Positions 45,048-59,437 of a stretch of 64,000 nt of DNA are shown here, in pieces. Made by a program: the position numbers and the translations under genes. The stretch covers positions 1,550,001 to 1,614,000 of the forward strand of contig OZ251228.1 in assembly GCA_965240325.2 (NCBI GenBank). The letters are read 5' to 3'. Source of the stretch: Rebecca billardiae RCC1528 (Eukaryota; Protista; Haptophyta). Every line of letters starts with the position of its first letter. Position 1 is the stretch's first letter. A model generated the notes under the pieces. It was not told the origin of the DNA, did not search any database, and was given only the letters and a program-made list of their open reading frames with translations.

Positions 45048-46043
45048 ATGGGCCTGCTGCCCTCCGTCGAGGCGGAGCATGAGGAGATGCTGGACGTCAT
45101 CGGCAAGGAGCACGGCTACCGCGTGCACCACGTGGAGCCCGGCTCCCCCGGGGCTGTCGCGGGTCTCTCCTCCATCTTGGACTACATCGTTGTTGCCAAC
45201 GGCATTCGCGTGGACCAGGACGACGGCCGTCTGGTGGAAATGATCACCGAGTCGAAGGACAAGCCACTGCGACTGTGCGTGTTCAATACGCACACGCTGC
45301 GCACGCGCGAGCTCACCGTCGTGCCCAGCGAGTCGTGGGGCGGCCAAGGCCTGCTCGGCGTCACCATCCGCTTCGACGTGCTGCACAGCCCGGACAAGCA
45401 CACGCTGCACGTGCTCGACGTCTACCAGAACTCGCCCGCCTCGGAGGCAGGGCTGGACCCGTACAACGACTACGTCCTCGCAGTCGGCGACCTCTTGTTC
45501 TCCGGGCTCAACGAGTTCAACGACATCATCCACCACAACATCCACCGCCAGGTGCGGCTGTACGTGTACAACGCCGCCACCGAGACCGTGCGCGAGTGCA
45601 CGATTGTGCCCAACAACCGCTGGGGCGGCGAAGGCGTGATCGGCTGCGCGCTCGGCGCGGGCTACCTGCACTCGCTCCCGCAGAGCCGGCTACGCGTCAC
45701 TCGACCGTGTCTGCCGACGGCCACTGCTTCCGAGTCAGTTGGCCCGACCTCTCCCGCCCCGCTTGGCACAGGCGCGCTGCCCTCTCCGGCGCCCTCACCG
45801 CAAGCGCCGGCACCAACGCCGCTGCGGGTGGCCGAGGCTCCGCCGATCGCGCAGCAAGCTCCGCTCGAGAGGCCTGGGGATGGCACGGAGACGGGCAATA
45901 TCCCGTTCACTAGCGAACCGGCGGGCGCTGCGTTGCGGCAACCGAGCGCCGCTCCATCTGCCGTCGGTACAGCCCTCAGCGACGCTCCGCCGGGCACCCC
46001 GCTGCAACCTCCGCCCGTCACGGTGGCGACCGAAGTGGGATGA
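45048..46043 (+). CDS. GORASP: Golgi reassembly-stacking protein GRASP55/65
   Basis: Tandem PDZ-like domains: GYRVHHVEPGSP, WGGQGLLGVTIRF, HVLDVYQNSPA and WGGEGVIGC..GAGYLH; Pro/Ser-rich tail. Confidence 0.94.
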   Translation: MGLLPSVEAEHEEMLDVIGKEHGYRVHHVEPGSPGAVAGLSSILDYIVVANGIRVDQDDGRLVEMITESKDKPLRLCVFNTHTLRTRELTVVPSESWGGQGLLGVTIRFDVLHSPDKHTLHVLDVYQNSPASEAGLDPYNDYVLAVGDLLFSGLNEFNDIIHHNIHRQVRLYVYNAATETVRECTIVPNNRWGGEGVIGCALGAGYLHSLPQSRLRVTRPCLPTATASESVGPTSPAPLGTGALPSPAPSPQAPAPTPLRVAEAPPIAQQAPLERPGDGTETGNIPFTSEPAGAALRQPSAAPSAVGTALSDAPPGTPLQPPPVTVATEVG

Positions 46044-46481
46044 AGCCTGGCACATGCCGCAGTGGCTGGTGCCGCCGGCTCACGGCACGGCCGGCGGCAG
46101 CGAGCATGCCATGCATTATCCGCACACGGCACTGAGGCTTGGTGGTGCTCCTCGCGCCAGCTCGATCCAGACATGGCGCCGATCAGTGAGCCCCGCATGC
46201 AGGCGCGCGACCGACTACGCCTATCGGCTACCCGCGTACAGTGGTCGCGACACTCAGCTCAACATATATGACACTGCTGCGCTGTCACTCGACCAGTTGA
46301 CGTCTGGCCAGTCACAGTGGCACCGCAGTGCCCGTGGTGGGGCGGCTGTCCGGATTACCGTCGGAGACGGAGTGGCCCCCAGATCGACCGTTACGCTACG
46401 GCGTGACTGTGAGAGTGAGTAGTGACAGTTCCGAGTTCGGACCTCGCGGTTATGGCGGGTTATTATACTACACATTTGCTG

Positions 46482-46484
<3 letters not shown>

Positions 46485-46532
<48 letters not shown>
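46485..46532. repeat. (GT)n microsatellite
   Basis: Seen directly. Confidence 0.99.
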
Positions 46533-46534
<2 letters not shown>

Positions 46535-47012
46535 TAGCCGTCCTGGCGAGTGAACGCCGACGCCAACTGCTGGCCGAAGGTGGGCACGCCGCCTGGCATG
46601 TCGATGCTGAGGCGGCTGCGTGTGTTCCTACTCAGTGGGATTTATGTGTCCTCATGCCTAGCACCAGACCAACGGGCCGCCTGGGTGGGCGGGTCGCCGA
46701 AAGATGTTGGTCGGTGCACGCGACGCGCCACTCGCGTGCGAGCCGCCGCCGCCGGCGACGCAGGACGAGCTTGGCTGGAGCCACCTCGCACGCCGCGCCT
46801 GGCGAAGCAGGCGGCAGAGGCCGGCGCCGGAAACCGATCTCCTGGGCGGCAGAAAAACCCGGACACTAGACTGTTTGTCCGGGAGCAGCCCTTTGAGGGC
46901 TTTGAGGCGATGGTCTGTTACAGGGCGATGTGGCTGATGAGCGGCGCTGGCGCCCGGCGTTCTTGTCGTCCTCGATTAGACAATCAGTTATTGTACCGCC
47001 AATAACCCCACA
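46531..47012. mobile_element. TGT...ACA-bounded element (solo-LTR-like), copy 2
   Basis: Same termini as 9326-10047; flanked by (TG)n and (TA)n. Confidence 0.6.
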
Positions 47013-47217
47013 TATATATATGCGGTTCGGTTCGCCGTGCACCAAGTGCAATCTCCTGCGCAGGAGCACACGAGACAGCGTGGTCTCTCCCGTGCGGTCT
47101 CCCCACCTGGGAGAGACCAGGCGGGGAGAGAAAAACCTCGCGACAACAAATCCGTCAGAACACTGCTGGACAGGACTGCAGCCCCTCCCAAAGTATCCAA
47201 CAGGGGACTTACGGTTA

Positions 47218-47343
47218 TGTCGGAGGGGTTGATGAGCCCGAAACGACTGAGCTAAATCGGTTCGAGCCCGAAACGACTGAGCTAAATCGGTTCGCGCGAA
47301 CCGATTTAGCTCAGTCGTTTCGGGCTCATCAACCCCTCCGACA
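47218..47343. repeat. Perfect palindrome with a 30-bp tandem duplication in one arm
   Basis: tgtcggaggggttgat[gagcccgaaacgactgagctaaatcggttc]x2-gcgc followed by the reverse complement. Confidence 0.95.
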
Positions 47344-47445
47344 CCACCTACAAAAATCCCCCAGCAAATCCTGCGCGCATCCAATTTTTTTGATTTTGCG
47401 GAGCTCGTGTGCCGCCCCCCGGCTTTCGCTCACGCTCAGACCGTT

Positions 47446-47446
<1 letters not shown>

Positions 47447-47483
<37 letters not shown>
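47447..47483. repeat. Poly-G tract (~37 nt)
   Basis: Seen directly. Confidence 0.95.
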
Positions 47484-47486
<3 letters not shown>

Positions 47487-48552
47487 CGTGGACCAGGGTG
47501 GTGACGTCGACATGGCCTGATGAGCCGTGTGTGCACTTCAATAACTTGATGTAAAACTGCACTCGCTCCGATGAGCACGATCGAGAATGACCGACTCGCC
47601 GCGAGCGAGTGGCGCCTGCCGATGGTCAGCGGCCACGAGCACCCTGACGTATAGTATTGTGATGCTCGAGCGCGTCACACGGCTTGACGGCTCACTCACA
47701 CGGTGCATCCCTGCGCACCTGCAGTGTCATGCCCGTGCATGCAGTACGCAGTATGCCGCCGCGACTCTCAGCTGCAGTCAGTCCTACCGAGCAGCGCGCA
47801 CTCACGCGCGCATGCCAAAGCGGCACCAGCTTATCTGTTCTGCGGTGCATCCGCAGCGACTCTTTCGCGGCAGACGCGGGGTGCGCACGCGCGGCAGCGC
47901 AGCCGGCACACCTGACACCACTCGGACACGGCGCTGAGTTGGGTGGTGTGCCGGCTGCGCTGCCACTCGACGAACCGCGTACTCCGCTCCGGCCTCGATT
48001 CACCATCACTCACCCCGATGCCGAGCGTTCGGAGCACGCCACGCTCCACCGTGCACGGATGTCGGATCGCGAGCACGCTGCCAAGTCCAGTCGGCGGAAG
48101 GCGTGCAGCGAAGAGCGCCGTGAGGCGCGAGCTCGCCCGCGAGCACGCGTGACGCGGCCATTACGGCAGACGTCAAGATCCGATACCTTATTACACGATT
48201 GTGTGCTTGACGAGAACCTTGTCTGTGGGTATATATATATACAAGTAATATGGTTGGAGATGAATAATGCTCGCCAAGATAGATCTGGTTGATGAACCTT
48301 CGTATAATGAAGAGGGTAGGATGCACCTCGGGAGCCGTTCATCTGTTAATGATCGGATACGTCGAAAATGACTGATGAATCCGACTCGTATTCAAAGTGG
48401 GTAAGTTTACCCAGTCGTTCATGAACGTAGGGTACTGTACGTATCGGACCATATGTAGTTCGGTCATTTGAGATTGTCGTATGAACCCACCGGATCTGCT
48501 GCGCACCCGGATACTGTACCAATCTCGGCCGACGTCGTCGCAAAGCTAAAGG

Positions 48553-49758
48553 ATGGACAACCACGAGGGGGGCGACGCAAGCACGCCGGTCAGCGAGATC
48601 GACCGGCGGCCCCGCACGTGCGATCATGTTGGCTGCGTGAGGTGCCCATCATACGGCACGCCAGATGATGCGCGCGCCAGCCTGTGCGCTGAGCACAAGC
48701 TGCCCGGCATGATCGACGTGATGGGCCGCATGTGCGATCATGCCGGCTGCACGAAACGGCCATCGCACAGCATGCCGGGCGACATGCGCGCGAGCCGGTG
48801 CGCTCATCACAAGCTGCCCGGCATGATCGATGTGAAGAACCACACGTGCGAGCATGCCGACTGCGCCACGCGGCCATCATACGGCATGCCTGGCGACACG
48901 CGCGCCAGCCGGTGCGCTGAGCACAAGCTGCCCGGCATGGTGGACGTGAAGAACCACAAGTGCGAGCACGCCAGCTGCGCGACACGGCCATCCTTCGGCA
49001 TGCCGGGCGAGAAGCGCGCCTGCCGGTGCGCTGAGCACAAGCTGGCTGGCATGATCGATGTGAGGAGCCGCAAGTGCGAGTATCCCGGCTGCATGAAACA
49101 ACCATCACAGCGCTTGCCCGGCGACGTGCGCGCCAGCCGGTGCGCTGAGCACAAGCTGATCGGCATGGTCGATGCGAAGAACCAAAAGTGCGCTCATGCA
49201 GGCTGCGGTACGCGGCCATCATTCGGCATGCCGGGCGAGACGCGCGCGAGCCGGTGCGTCGAGCACAAGCTGGCTGGCATGATTGACGTGCTGAGCCGCA
49301 AGTGCGATCATGCCGACTGCACGAAACGGTCGTCACACGGCATGCCGGGCGACAGGCGCGCCAGCCGGTGCGCTGAGCACACGCTGCCCGGCATGATCTC
49401 CTGGCATACGCTTGCCGTGCACAAGCGCAAGCTGGAACAGCACCCAGGCTACAACTGTGTGCTCCCTGCCAAGCGACAGCAGAAGCACACCGACCACGGA
49501 GCCTGCGCTGCTGCACTTGGTCACCCTGCACAGCTGCAGTGGCCGTTGCAGCTGCAGCAGTCGCCGCTGCCGCCACAGGCTTCGCCGCTCCCGCCGCCTC
49601 TGGACACAGCCCAAGCCGTGGTCTGGCGCTTGCACGATGGAGTCGTCATCCACTACTACCGCAGCCACTCCAGCGCCGAGCAAGTCCTGCCGCAGGCGCA
49701 GCCGCAGCATACTGCACAGAGTGCACTAAGGCAGGACTCCACTAATAGTCCACTCTAG
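48553..49758 (+). CDS. EsV-1-7 cysteine-rich repeat protein, copy 1
   Basis: Seven 38-aa repeats of the form C.H..C..RPS.GMPG..RA.RCAEHKL.GM.DV. Confidence 0.9.
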   Translation: MDNHEGGDASTPVSEIDRRPRTCDHVGCVRCPSYGTPDDARASLCAEHKLPGMIDVMGRMCDHAGCTKRPSHSMPGDMRASRCAHHKLPGMIDVKNHTCEHADCATRPSYGMPGDTRASRCAEHKLPGMVDVKNHKCEHASCATRPSFGMPGEKRACRCAEHKLAGMIDVRSRKCEYPGCMKQPSQRLPGDVRASRCAEHKLIGMVDAKNQKCAHAGCGTRPSFGMPGETRASRCVEHKLAGMIDVLSRKCDHADCTKRSSHGMPGDRRASRCAEHTLPGMISWHTLAVHKRKLEQHPGYNCVLPAKRQQKHTDHGACAAALGHPAQLQWPLQLQQSPLPPQASPLPPPLDTAQAVVWRLHDGVVIHYYRSHSSAEQVLPQAQPQHTAQSALRQDSTNSPL

Positions 49759-50211
49759 CTCGCTACTACGGTTACTGTCAACCGTCTAGCAACCAAGCAG
49801 TAGTGCTAGCAGTTGTTGGTGAAGGGGCGAGTCGATACTGATAGGTACTTAGCCGCGTCGTCGAAGAGGTAGTAGTCGGAGCCGAGCCCACTAGAGAATT
49901 GTCAAGTATTGTGCCTGCGCTAGTGCGGCGGAGCTCCGGAGGCCGAGGGCACGTCGGCCGGGCGGAAGAAGAGCGTCGCCGGCGAGGGGGAGAACTACAT
50001 GAGTGAGTCTCGTTGGACAGGAGGTGGACTGCTTGGCCTCGGCGTCGAAGTGTCGGTTAGCCCAGGCTGCCCCAGCGTCATTTGATCTGGGCATTCAGGT
50101 CATAGTCTCGATCCGTCGAGACGCTCGCGACCCTAGCTAGACGCATCTCGGCCCCCGGCCGGTCACCCGCAAGCTGCCGGAGACCTCTCCTTACCATTAT
50201 TTTGTAATATG

Positions 50212-52055
<1,844 letters not shown>

Positions 52056-52383
52056 GCAAGTTACTTCGCAGGCCGCAACGTGCTGGCCCATCGATCGTCC
52101 GATCATGATGATGCTGATGATGCTGATGATGATTGCATGATGATGGACTCATTCGGCGGCACGGGCGCGAGACGCCGCTGCCGAGCGTTGCCCTCGGCCG
52201 TCACTCATCGCCGCTCCACTAGCTGTCGGGTGGATCCGTCGGAGTCAGAGTAGTCATCACGACGTCGGAGCCGACGGCCGGGCCGGAAGGCACTTCTGGC
52301 TGCCACTTACGGTCACAGCTTGCTAACTCTGATGCCTGCCAGTTGCATACCACGTCGTTAGTATATATATCGACGAAACTATA

Positions 52384-55301
52384 CCGCTGCGTTCCTGAGC
52401 CCCAGCGCCAGAATTACGCGAGAATAAAGCCGCGGAATTGTTCACATACGAAGAATCGCACTTTCAGCGCACCCGCATCGGTTGGCGGTCTTCGATTGAT
52501 GAGCGAACGAGCCCAAAGCCGTGCTATGCGGGCGAGGCAGATCGCGAGAGATTGCCACCGAGGGTTCAAGAGGCCAAGACGAGAGTGTTTTGTCGCCGGT
52601 CGTCGGCGGGCGGCAGGGCTTCGAACGCAGCCCGGCCAGGCCAGGCCGCCAGAGAGTCTCTGCGACATTGCTGGCGTGGCTGAGGAGCTCTCGCGCGGGT
52701 CCAGGGACATCAGCGCTCAGTGTCAGCCGCGTGCACACCTTCGTAGGTCCACATTGGGCGTCGCCCTTTGCTTGCACACGCGCGTGCGCACCTGGTCCCC
52801 TTCTGCGGCTAATGCGCACTCCGCAATCATTGCTCCTGACGCTGATCGTGCAGGTGCGGGCGGGGGGGGCGAGCCTGCCAGCAGTCGGCGTGCGATGTAC
52901 GGCGAGTCGCACGTTTCCTATTCGGCCCCGATAGCGGCCACTTGAGCTCTTTCCTCGCCGTCGGACACTCTGTGCCCACGCGCCTACAGAGGTCACGGCC
53001 CAGATCCGCAGAAAGCTGCCGCCAGTTCACATCCTCACGTTGTGCCTTCGATCGGCTTGGCGTGCAGTGTCAACAAGCGGTGTGCAGTACTCGTAAGGTC
53101 ACGCACCAGCTGCAAGCACACCTTCGGAGCCCCAGGCTGGCTCCGGGGGCTGCACGCGAGCGCACGCAATGCCTGTACCGCCCGTACCGCCTTGGCCGGC
53201 GCCCGCGGCTCGACTCGCTGACTAACTCTGACAATCCAGTCGGCTCGACCGCTGCCAGTGCGCGGGCGCCCGTAATCTGCGACTCAGACTGGAGGCGTAG
53301 CCGGGTCAGCCGTCGGCGTGTTGCCGGCGCACGCCCGCCGGGCCCAGTCACTGCAACATTTACTACGGAGCCTCGGTACGTTAACGTACCGGGCGCGGGG
53401 CTTTATTATAATTATTTATAAGACTACTGCTCATCACTCGATACTGCGGACCGTCCGCACTATTCACTAACGGGCACGCGGCTAAGGTTCCGTTGACCGT
53501 CTGTCCGTGCGCGCGCAGCTGATGCTGACACTTGACAGCATTGCCATTATGCACGGCTGAATACTGATGATGCAGCAGTCAGCACGCGGACCCAATATGA
53601 ATAAGGTGAGTCACGCTATACGCGGCATGCTGCGCTAAATGCATGATGACGACTGTACCGTAGTGACGACCGTGTCTGTGATCGAATATCCTGACTCCGA
53701 TGAACCGCACCACATGTGACATTCCAGCGGCGCCACCGGAGTCCGGCCGTCCTCCGCCTCCTCGGGCTCAGACTCTGCGGCTCGCGGTGATGCATGACCG
53801 GGCGCGCACCGATGCGCTGCGTGCCCCGCGGTGCCGCCGCGGCGCTGAGACCGCCCACCGTGCATGTCTGGCGCTGCTTCGGAGTACGTATGATCGCAGG
53901 CGCATAGAGGGTAGGGCGCACGACTGTTCTCGGTAGCGCCGACGCTTCGCGCAGCCCGTCAGCCATGAAGCTGAGCGCGAGTCGGCGGCACGTTTGAGTC
54001 GATGAGCGCTGCCACGGCCCGCGGCGCGAGCGGGTCGCCCCGAGCCGGCAGAGCAGCACCGCCACTGGTCCAGAGGGCAGCGGCACTGAGCCGTCGTGCT
54101 ATGTGACCCGGGGTCTTACCGTCTTAGGCCAGGCCTCGGCGTGGGCAGAGGCGGCCCAGGCCCTGTGGGCCGGCAGGCCCAGGCCCAGCGGCGAGCGAGT
54201 GTTGCTCTGAGCCGCGCCGTCCAGTGTCCGAGACAGCGCGTGGCCCGGTCAACGAGTGCGTCGTGACTGCGCCAGGCGCCGCGCCACGTCTGCGACACAG
54301 AGCCAAGCACTGCCACTGACGACTGCCGCCGTGCCGACGCATCCACACATCCAAGTCAGTAGGGCTTTGCCATGCCGCACGTACAACGGTGCCCACAGAT
54401 GAGCGTGAGATCCTGTCTAATGAGCCATGAGCATCGACGTGTGATGCAGCACGTCCGGTGGCGGGTAGCTGCGGCACGCGGCGGCGGCGGTCATGAGAAG
54501 TATGCTCGTTGCCACCGACCGCAATATCGCTGTAATCGCTGTGGCCCATCCTCTGCACTGCAGAGGTGAAGAGCGACTGAGCAAGCCATGCCGACATGCC
54601 GCACCGTGCAGCTGCCGGGACGCGCGCGCTGTCACGAGGGCACGCAGGCTGTCGAGAGCAGCGCGGTGGGCAGCATCGAAGACAACTCAAAATGGGCCCG
54701 GGATGCCCACCTGAGTGGTGGCTGAACCTTCAAATCGCGCCCTTCGATCACCAACTTGTCGGCGGCGCTGGCAAGTTGTCGGGCCACGCGCGGCACGGAT
54801 GATGAACGGCGCAGGCGTGGCAGGCAGAAACAACAGGAGCTGCAGGGACTGCGTCGGCCGCGCCTGCCCGCAGTCGTATCGAGCGAGGCTACGCGCACTC
54901 AAACATCCCCTAGTCCGTGCACGAGCGTTTGTTCGCCATCGACCTCGTACTAGTGTGCCGGGGGGGCGTCGCCTGTCGCCACTCGTAGATCGTCCGCCGA
55001 CGAAGGGTCTAGGAGCGTTGAGGGCCTGCAGGATCAACCGATGGAGAGATGCTGCTGTGTATCCTCACAAAAGCGACGCTTCGGGGCAGATGTTCGAGAG
55101 ATCGGACGATCAAGCGAAAGTCATAGGTTGCAATTTTGGGCCCACTACGGCGAGACTTACTCACGTCATTAACAAAAGGTTACCCGCTGCTCAACTTTCG
55201 GCCCCCTTCAGCGACGTCTCGACCAATGGCGCGCGTGGGAGGAAAGAAAGGTTCTCTGATCTCGCGTAATTCTGGCGCTGCGGCTCAGGAACGCAGCGCC
55301 G
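52384..55301. mobile_element. Tc1/mariner-type non-autonomous TIR element (TA TSD)
   Basis: ~40-bp TIR gctgcgttcctgagcc(c/g)cagcgccagaattacgcgaga; TA duplicated; empty site gaaactaTAggcg at ~59053-59065. Confidence 0.88.
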
Positions 55302-55679
55302 TAGGCGACTCCCGAGCCGCCGGATCGTGTAAAATGGCGGTGTAATTAAATCGTAATGGCAGAGTTATTATCAACGAGTCTGCGGTACCGAGTCGGCGAG
55401 TCCGAGCCGTGCCGTATGATTAATAATACGTACGTACTCTCCCGGCGTCACTCTTCACTCTCGCCGGTGGCGGCCCGGCTTTTCTGACGATGCGTGACCC
55501 GCGTGATGATATCTGTGAATTCTGTGATGTGACCGGTAGCTTACGAGTCATCAGGCTGCTGCCAGGCTTCATAGATCTGATGAATCCGCTGATGTCGCCG
55601 TCGGCTGTGGCAGGCGACGCACCCGGCACCGTCTGCGTTCTGCGCTCGAGAGGCTCCGGCGCACACCGCCAGCAGGCGA

Positions 55680-56281
55680 TCAAACATGATGCTCCGACGC
55701 GGTGACGCCTGCGGCTGCAGACTCTGAAGCCCCGGGCTCGCTGACACGGGGCATGGTCTGTGCAGGCTGCCCAGCAGGGGCCATTGTCGTCGATGCTTCC
55801 GCAGGGCGGGCAGGCTCCTGCGACCCTGCACCAGTGGACCGCGGTGGGGCACGCTCTTGGTCCCCTGCCGCATCGCCACGCGCCGCTGCCGCGGGCGACG
55901 TGCCCGCCGCGCTTTGGCTTGACTGCCGCTTGACGACCTTCTCAGTCGCCCAGGAGTTGACCATGTCGTTGACGCAGAAGCACACGGACAGGACGGTGAA
56001 GACCATGGTGATGGCGGTGAAGATCACCGATGAGCCGGAGCGCGACAGGTAGATGCCCTGTAGCACGAGCTGGGGGATATCTTCCATGAGCCGCGCGGCG
56101 AAGAAGAGGAGCATGCTCCTCTCCGACGGCATGCCTTGCCTGTGCTTCGGGTCTGTGAGCCCTTCCGGCCACGGCAGCGTGCCGAGGGCGATCGGCACAA
56201 AATATGCGCACAATTCCATCATCCGCATCACCCCGAGGATCATGCCGCGCTGCTCGTCGCGAACCATGCGCATCTCGTCCC
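55680..56281 (-). pseudogene. 5'-truncated duplicate (exon 2 only) of the XK-like membrane gene
   Basis: Matches exon 2 at 59438-60040; the duplication breakpoint lies in the intron just upstream of the acceptor. Confidence 0.85.
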
Positions 56282-57064
56282 CCTGTGGCGAGCGGTCAGC
56301 CCTACTGAGCAGCGCGCACGCACGCGCGCATGCCAAAGCGGCACCAGCTTATCTGTTCTGCGGTGCATCCGCAGCGACTCTTTCGCGGCAGACGCGGGGT
56401 GCGCACGCGCGGCAGCGCAGCCGGCACACCTGACACCACTCGGACACGGCGCTGAGTTGGGTGGTGTGCCGGCTGCGCTGCCACTCGACGAACCGCGTAC
56501 AGCGTACTCTCCCGGCCTCGATTCACCATCACTCACCCCGATGCCGAGCGTTCGGAGCACGCCACGCTCCACCGTGCACGGATGTCGGATCGCGAGCACG
56601 CTGCCAAGTCCAGTCGGCGGAAGGCGTGCAGCGAAGAGCGCCGTGAGGCGCGAGCTCGCCCGCGAGCACGCGTGACGCGGCCATCACGGCAGACGTCAAG
56701 ATCCGATACCTTATTACACTATTGTGTGTTTGACGAGAACCTTGTCTGTGGGTATATACAAGTAATATGGTTGGAGATGAATAACGCTCGCCAAGATAGA
56801 TCTGGTTGATGAACCTTCGTATAATGAAGAGGGTAGGATGCACCTCGGGAGCCGTTCATCTGTTAATGATCGGATACGTCGAAAATGACTGATGAATCCG
56901 ACTCGTATTCAAAGTGGGTAAGTTTACCCAGTCGTTCATGAACGTAGGGTACTGTACGTATCGGACCATATGTAGTTCGGTCATTTGAGATTGTCGTATG
57001 AACCCACCGGATCTGCTGCGCACCCGGATACTGTACCAATCTCGGCCGACGTCGTCGCAAAGGG

Positions 57065-58237
57065 ATGGACAACCACGAGGGGGGCGACGCAAGCACGCCG
57101 GTCAGCGAGATCGACCGGCGGCCCCGCACGTGCGATCATGTTGGCTGCGTGAGGTGCCCATCATACGGCACGCCAGATGATGCGCGCGCCAGCCTGTGCG
57201 CTGAGCACAAGCTGCCCGGCATGATCGACGTGATGGGCCGCATGTGCGATCATGCCGGCTGCACGAAACGGCCATCGCACAGCATGCCGGGCGACATGCG
57301 CGCGAGCCGGTGCGCTCATCACAAGCTGCCCGGCATGATCGATGTGAAGAACCACACGTGCGAGCATGCCGACTGCGCCACGCGGCCATCATACGGCATG
57401 CCTGGCGACACGCGCGCCAGCCGGTGCGCTGAGCACAAGCTGCCCGGCATGGTGGACGTGAAGAACCACAAGTGCGAGCACGCCAGCTGCGCGACACGGC
57501 CATCCTTCGGCATGCCGGGCGAGAAGCGCGCCTGCCGGTGCGCTGAGCACAAGCTGGCTGGCATGATCGATGTGAGGAGCCGCAAGTGCGAGTATCCCGG
57601 CTGCATGAAACAACCATCACAGCGCTTGCCCGGCGACGTGCGCGCCAGCCGGTGCGCTGAGCACAAGCTGATCGGCATGGTCGATGTGAAGAACCAAAAG
57701 TGCGCTCATGCAGGCTGCGGTACGCGGCCATCATTCGGCATGCCGGGCGAGACGCGCGCGAGCCGGTGCGTCGAGCACAAGCTGGCTGGCATGATTGACG
57801 TGCTGAGCCGCAAGTGCGATCATGCCGACTGCACGAAACGGCCGTCACACGGCATGCCGGGCGACAGGCGCGCCAGCCGGTGCGCTGAGCACACGCTGCC
57901 CGGCATGATCTCCTGGCATACGCTTGCCGTGCACAAGCGCAAGCTGGAACAGCACCCAGGCTACAACTGTGTGCTCCCTGCCAAGCGACAGCAGAAGCAC
58001 ACCGACCACGGAGCCTGCGCTGCTGCACTTGGTCACCCTGCACAGCTGCAGTGGCCGTTGCAGCTGCAGCAGTCGCCGCTGCCGCCACAGGCTTCGCCGC
58101 TCCCGCCGCCTCTGGACACAGCCCAAGCCGTGGTCTGGCGCTTGCACGATGGAGTCGTCATCCACTACTACCGCAGCCACTCCAGCGCCGAGCAAGTCCT
58201 GCTGCAGGCGCAGCCGCAGCATACTGCACCGTACTAA
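57065..58237 (+). CDS. EsV-1-7 cysteine-rich repeat protein, copy 2
   Basis: Same seven repeats; differs by 3 aa and a shorter C-terminus. Confidence 0.9.
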   Translation: MDNHEGGDASTPVSEIDRRPRTCDHVGCVRCPSYGTPDDARASLCAEHKLPGMIDVMGRMCDHAGCTKRPSHSMPGDMRASRCAHHKLPGMIDVKNHTCEHADCATRPSYGMPGDTRASRCAEHKLPGMVDVKNHKCEHASCATRPSFGMPGEKRACRCAEHKLAGMIDVRSRKCEYPGCMKQPSQRLPGDVRASRCAEHKLIGMVDVKNQKCAHAGCGTRPSFGMPGETRASRCVEHKLAGMIDVLSRKCDHADCTKRPSHGMPGDRRASRCAEHTLPGMISWHTLAVHKRKLEQHPGYNCVLPAKRQQKHTDHGACAAALGHPAQLQWPLQLQQSPLPPQASPLPPPLDTAQAVVWRLHDGVVIHYYRSHSSAEQVLLQAQPQHTAPY

Positions 58238-59437
58238 GGCAGGACTCCACTAATAGTCCACTCTAGCTCGCTACTACGGTTACTGTCAACCGTCTAGCAA
58301 CCAAGCAGTAGTGCTAGCAGTTGTTGGTGAAGGGGCGAGTCGATACTGATAGGTACTTAGCCGCGTCGTCGAAGAGGTAGTAGTCGGAGCCGAGCCCACT
58401 AGAGAATTGTCAAGTATTGTGCCTGCGCTAGTGCGGCGGAGCTCCGGAGGCCGAGGGCACGTCGGCCGGGCGGAAGAAGAGCGTCGCCGGCGAGGGGGAG
58501 AACTACATGAGTGAGTCTCGTTGGACAGGAGGTGGACGGCTTGGCCTCGGCGTCGATGTCGGTTAGCCCAGGCTGCCCCGCCCGAGGAGCCCCAGCGTCA
58601 TTTGATCTGGGCATTCAGGTCATAGTCTCGATCCGTCGAGACGCTCGCGACCCTAGCTAGACGCATCTCGGCCCCCGGCCGGTACTCGCAAGCTGCCGGA
58701 GACCTCTCCTTACCATTATTTTGTAATATATATCGGCAAGTTACTTCGCAGGCCGCAACGTGCTGGCCCATCGATCGTCCGATCATGATGATGCTGATGA
58801 TGCTGATGATGATTGCATGATGATGGACTCATTCGGCGGCACGGGCGCGAGACGCCGCTGCCGAGCGTTGCCCTCGGCCGTCACTCATCGCCGCTCCACT
58901 AGCTGTCGGGTGGATCCGTCGGAGTCAGAGTAGTCATCACGACGTCGGAGCCGACGGCCGGGCCGGAAGGCACTTCTGGCGGCCACTTACCGTCACAGCT
59001 TGCTAACTCTGATGCCTGCCCGTTGCATACCACGTCGTTAATATATATCGACGAAACTATAGGCGACTCCCGCGCCGCCGGATCGTGTAAAATGGCGGTG
59101 TTATTGAATCGTAATGGCAGAGTATTATTATCAACGAGTCTGCGGTACCGAGCCGGCGAGTCCGGCGAGCCGTGCCGTATGATTAATAATACGTACGTAC
59201 TCTCCCGGCGTCACTCTTCACTCTCGCCGGTGGCGGCGGCTTTTCATCTGACGACGATGCGTGACCCGCGTGATGATATCTGTGATGTGACCGGTAGCTT
59301 ACGAGTCATCAGGCTGCTGCCAGGCTTCATAGATCTGATGAATCCGCTGATGTCGCCGTCGGCTGTGGCAGGCGACGCACCCGGCACCGTCTGCGTTCTG
59401 CGCTCGAGAGGCTCCGGCGCACACCGCCAGCAGGCGA

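Noticed and set aside
48553-49758. Endogenous giant-virus insertion suggested by EsV-1-7 repeats
   Set aside because: No viral hallmark genes nearby, and neighbouring genes have host-type introns and composition.
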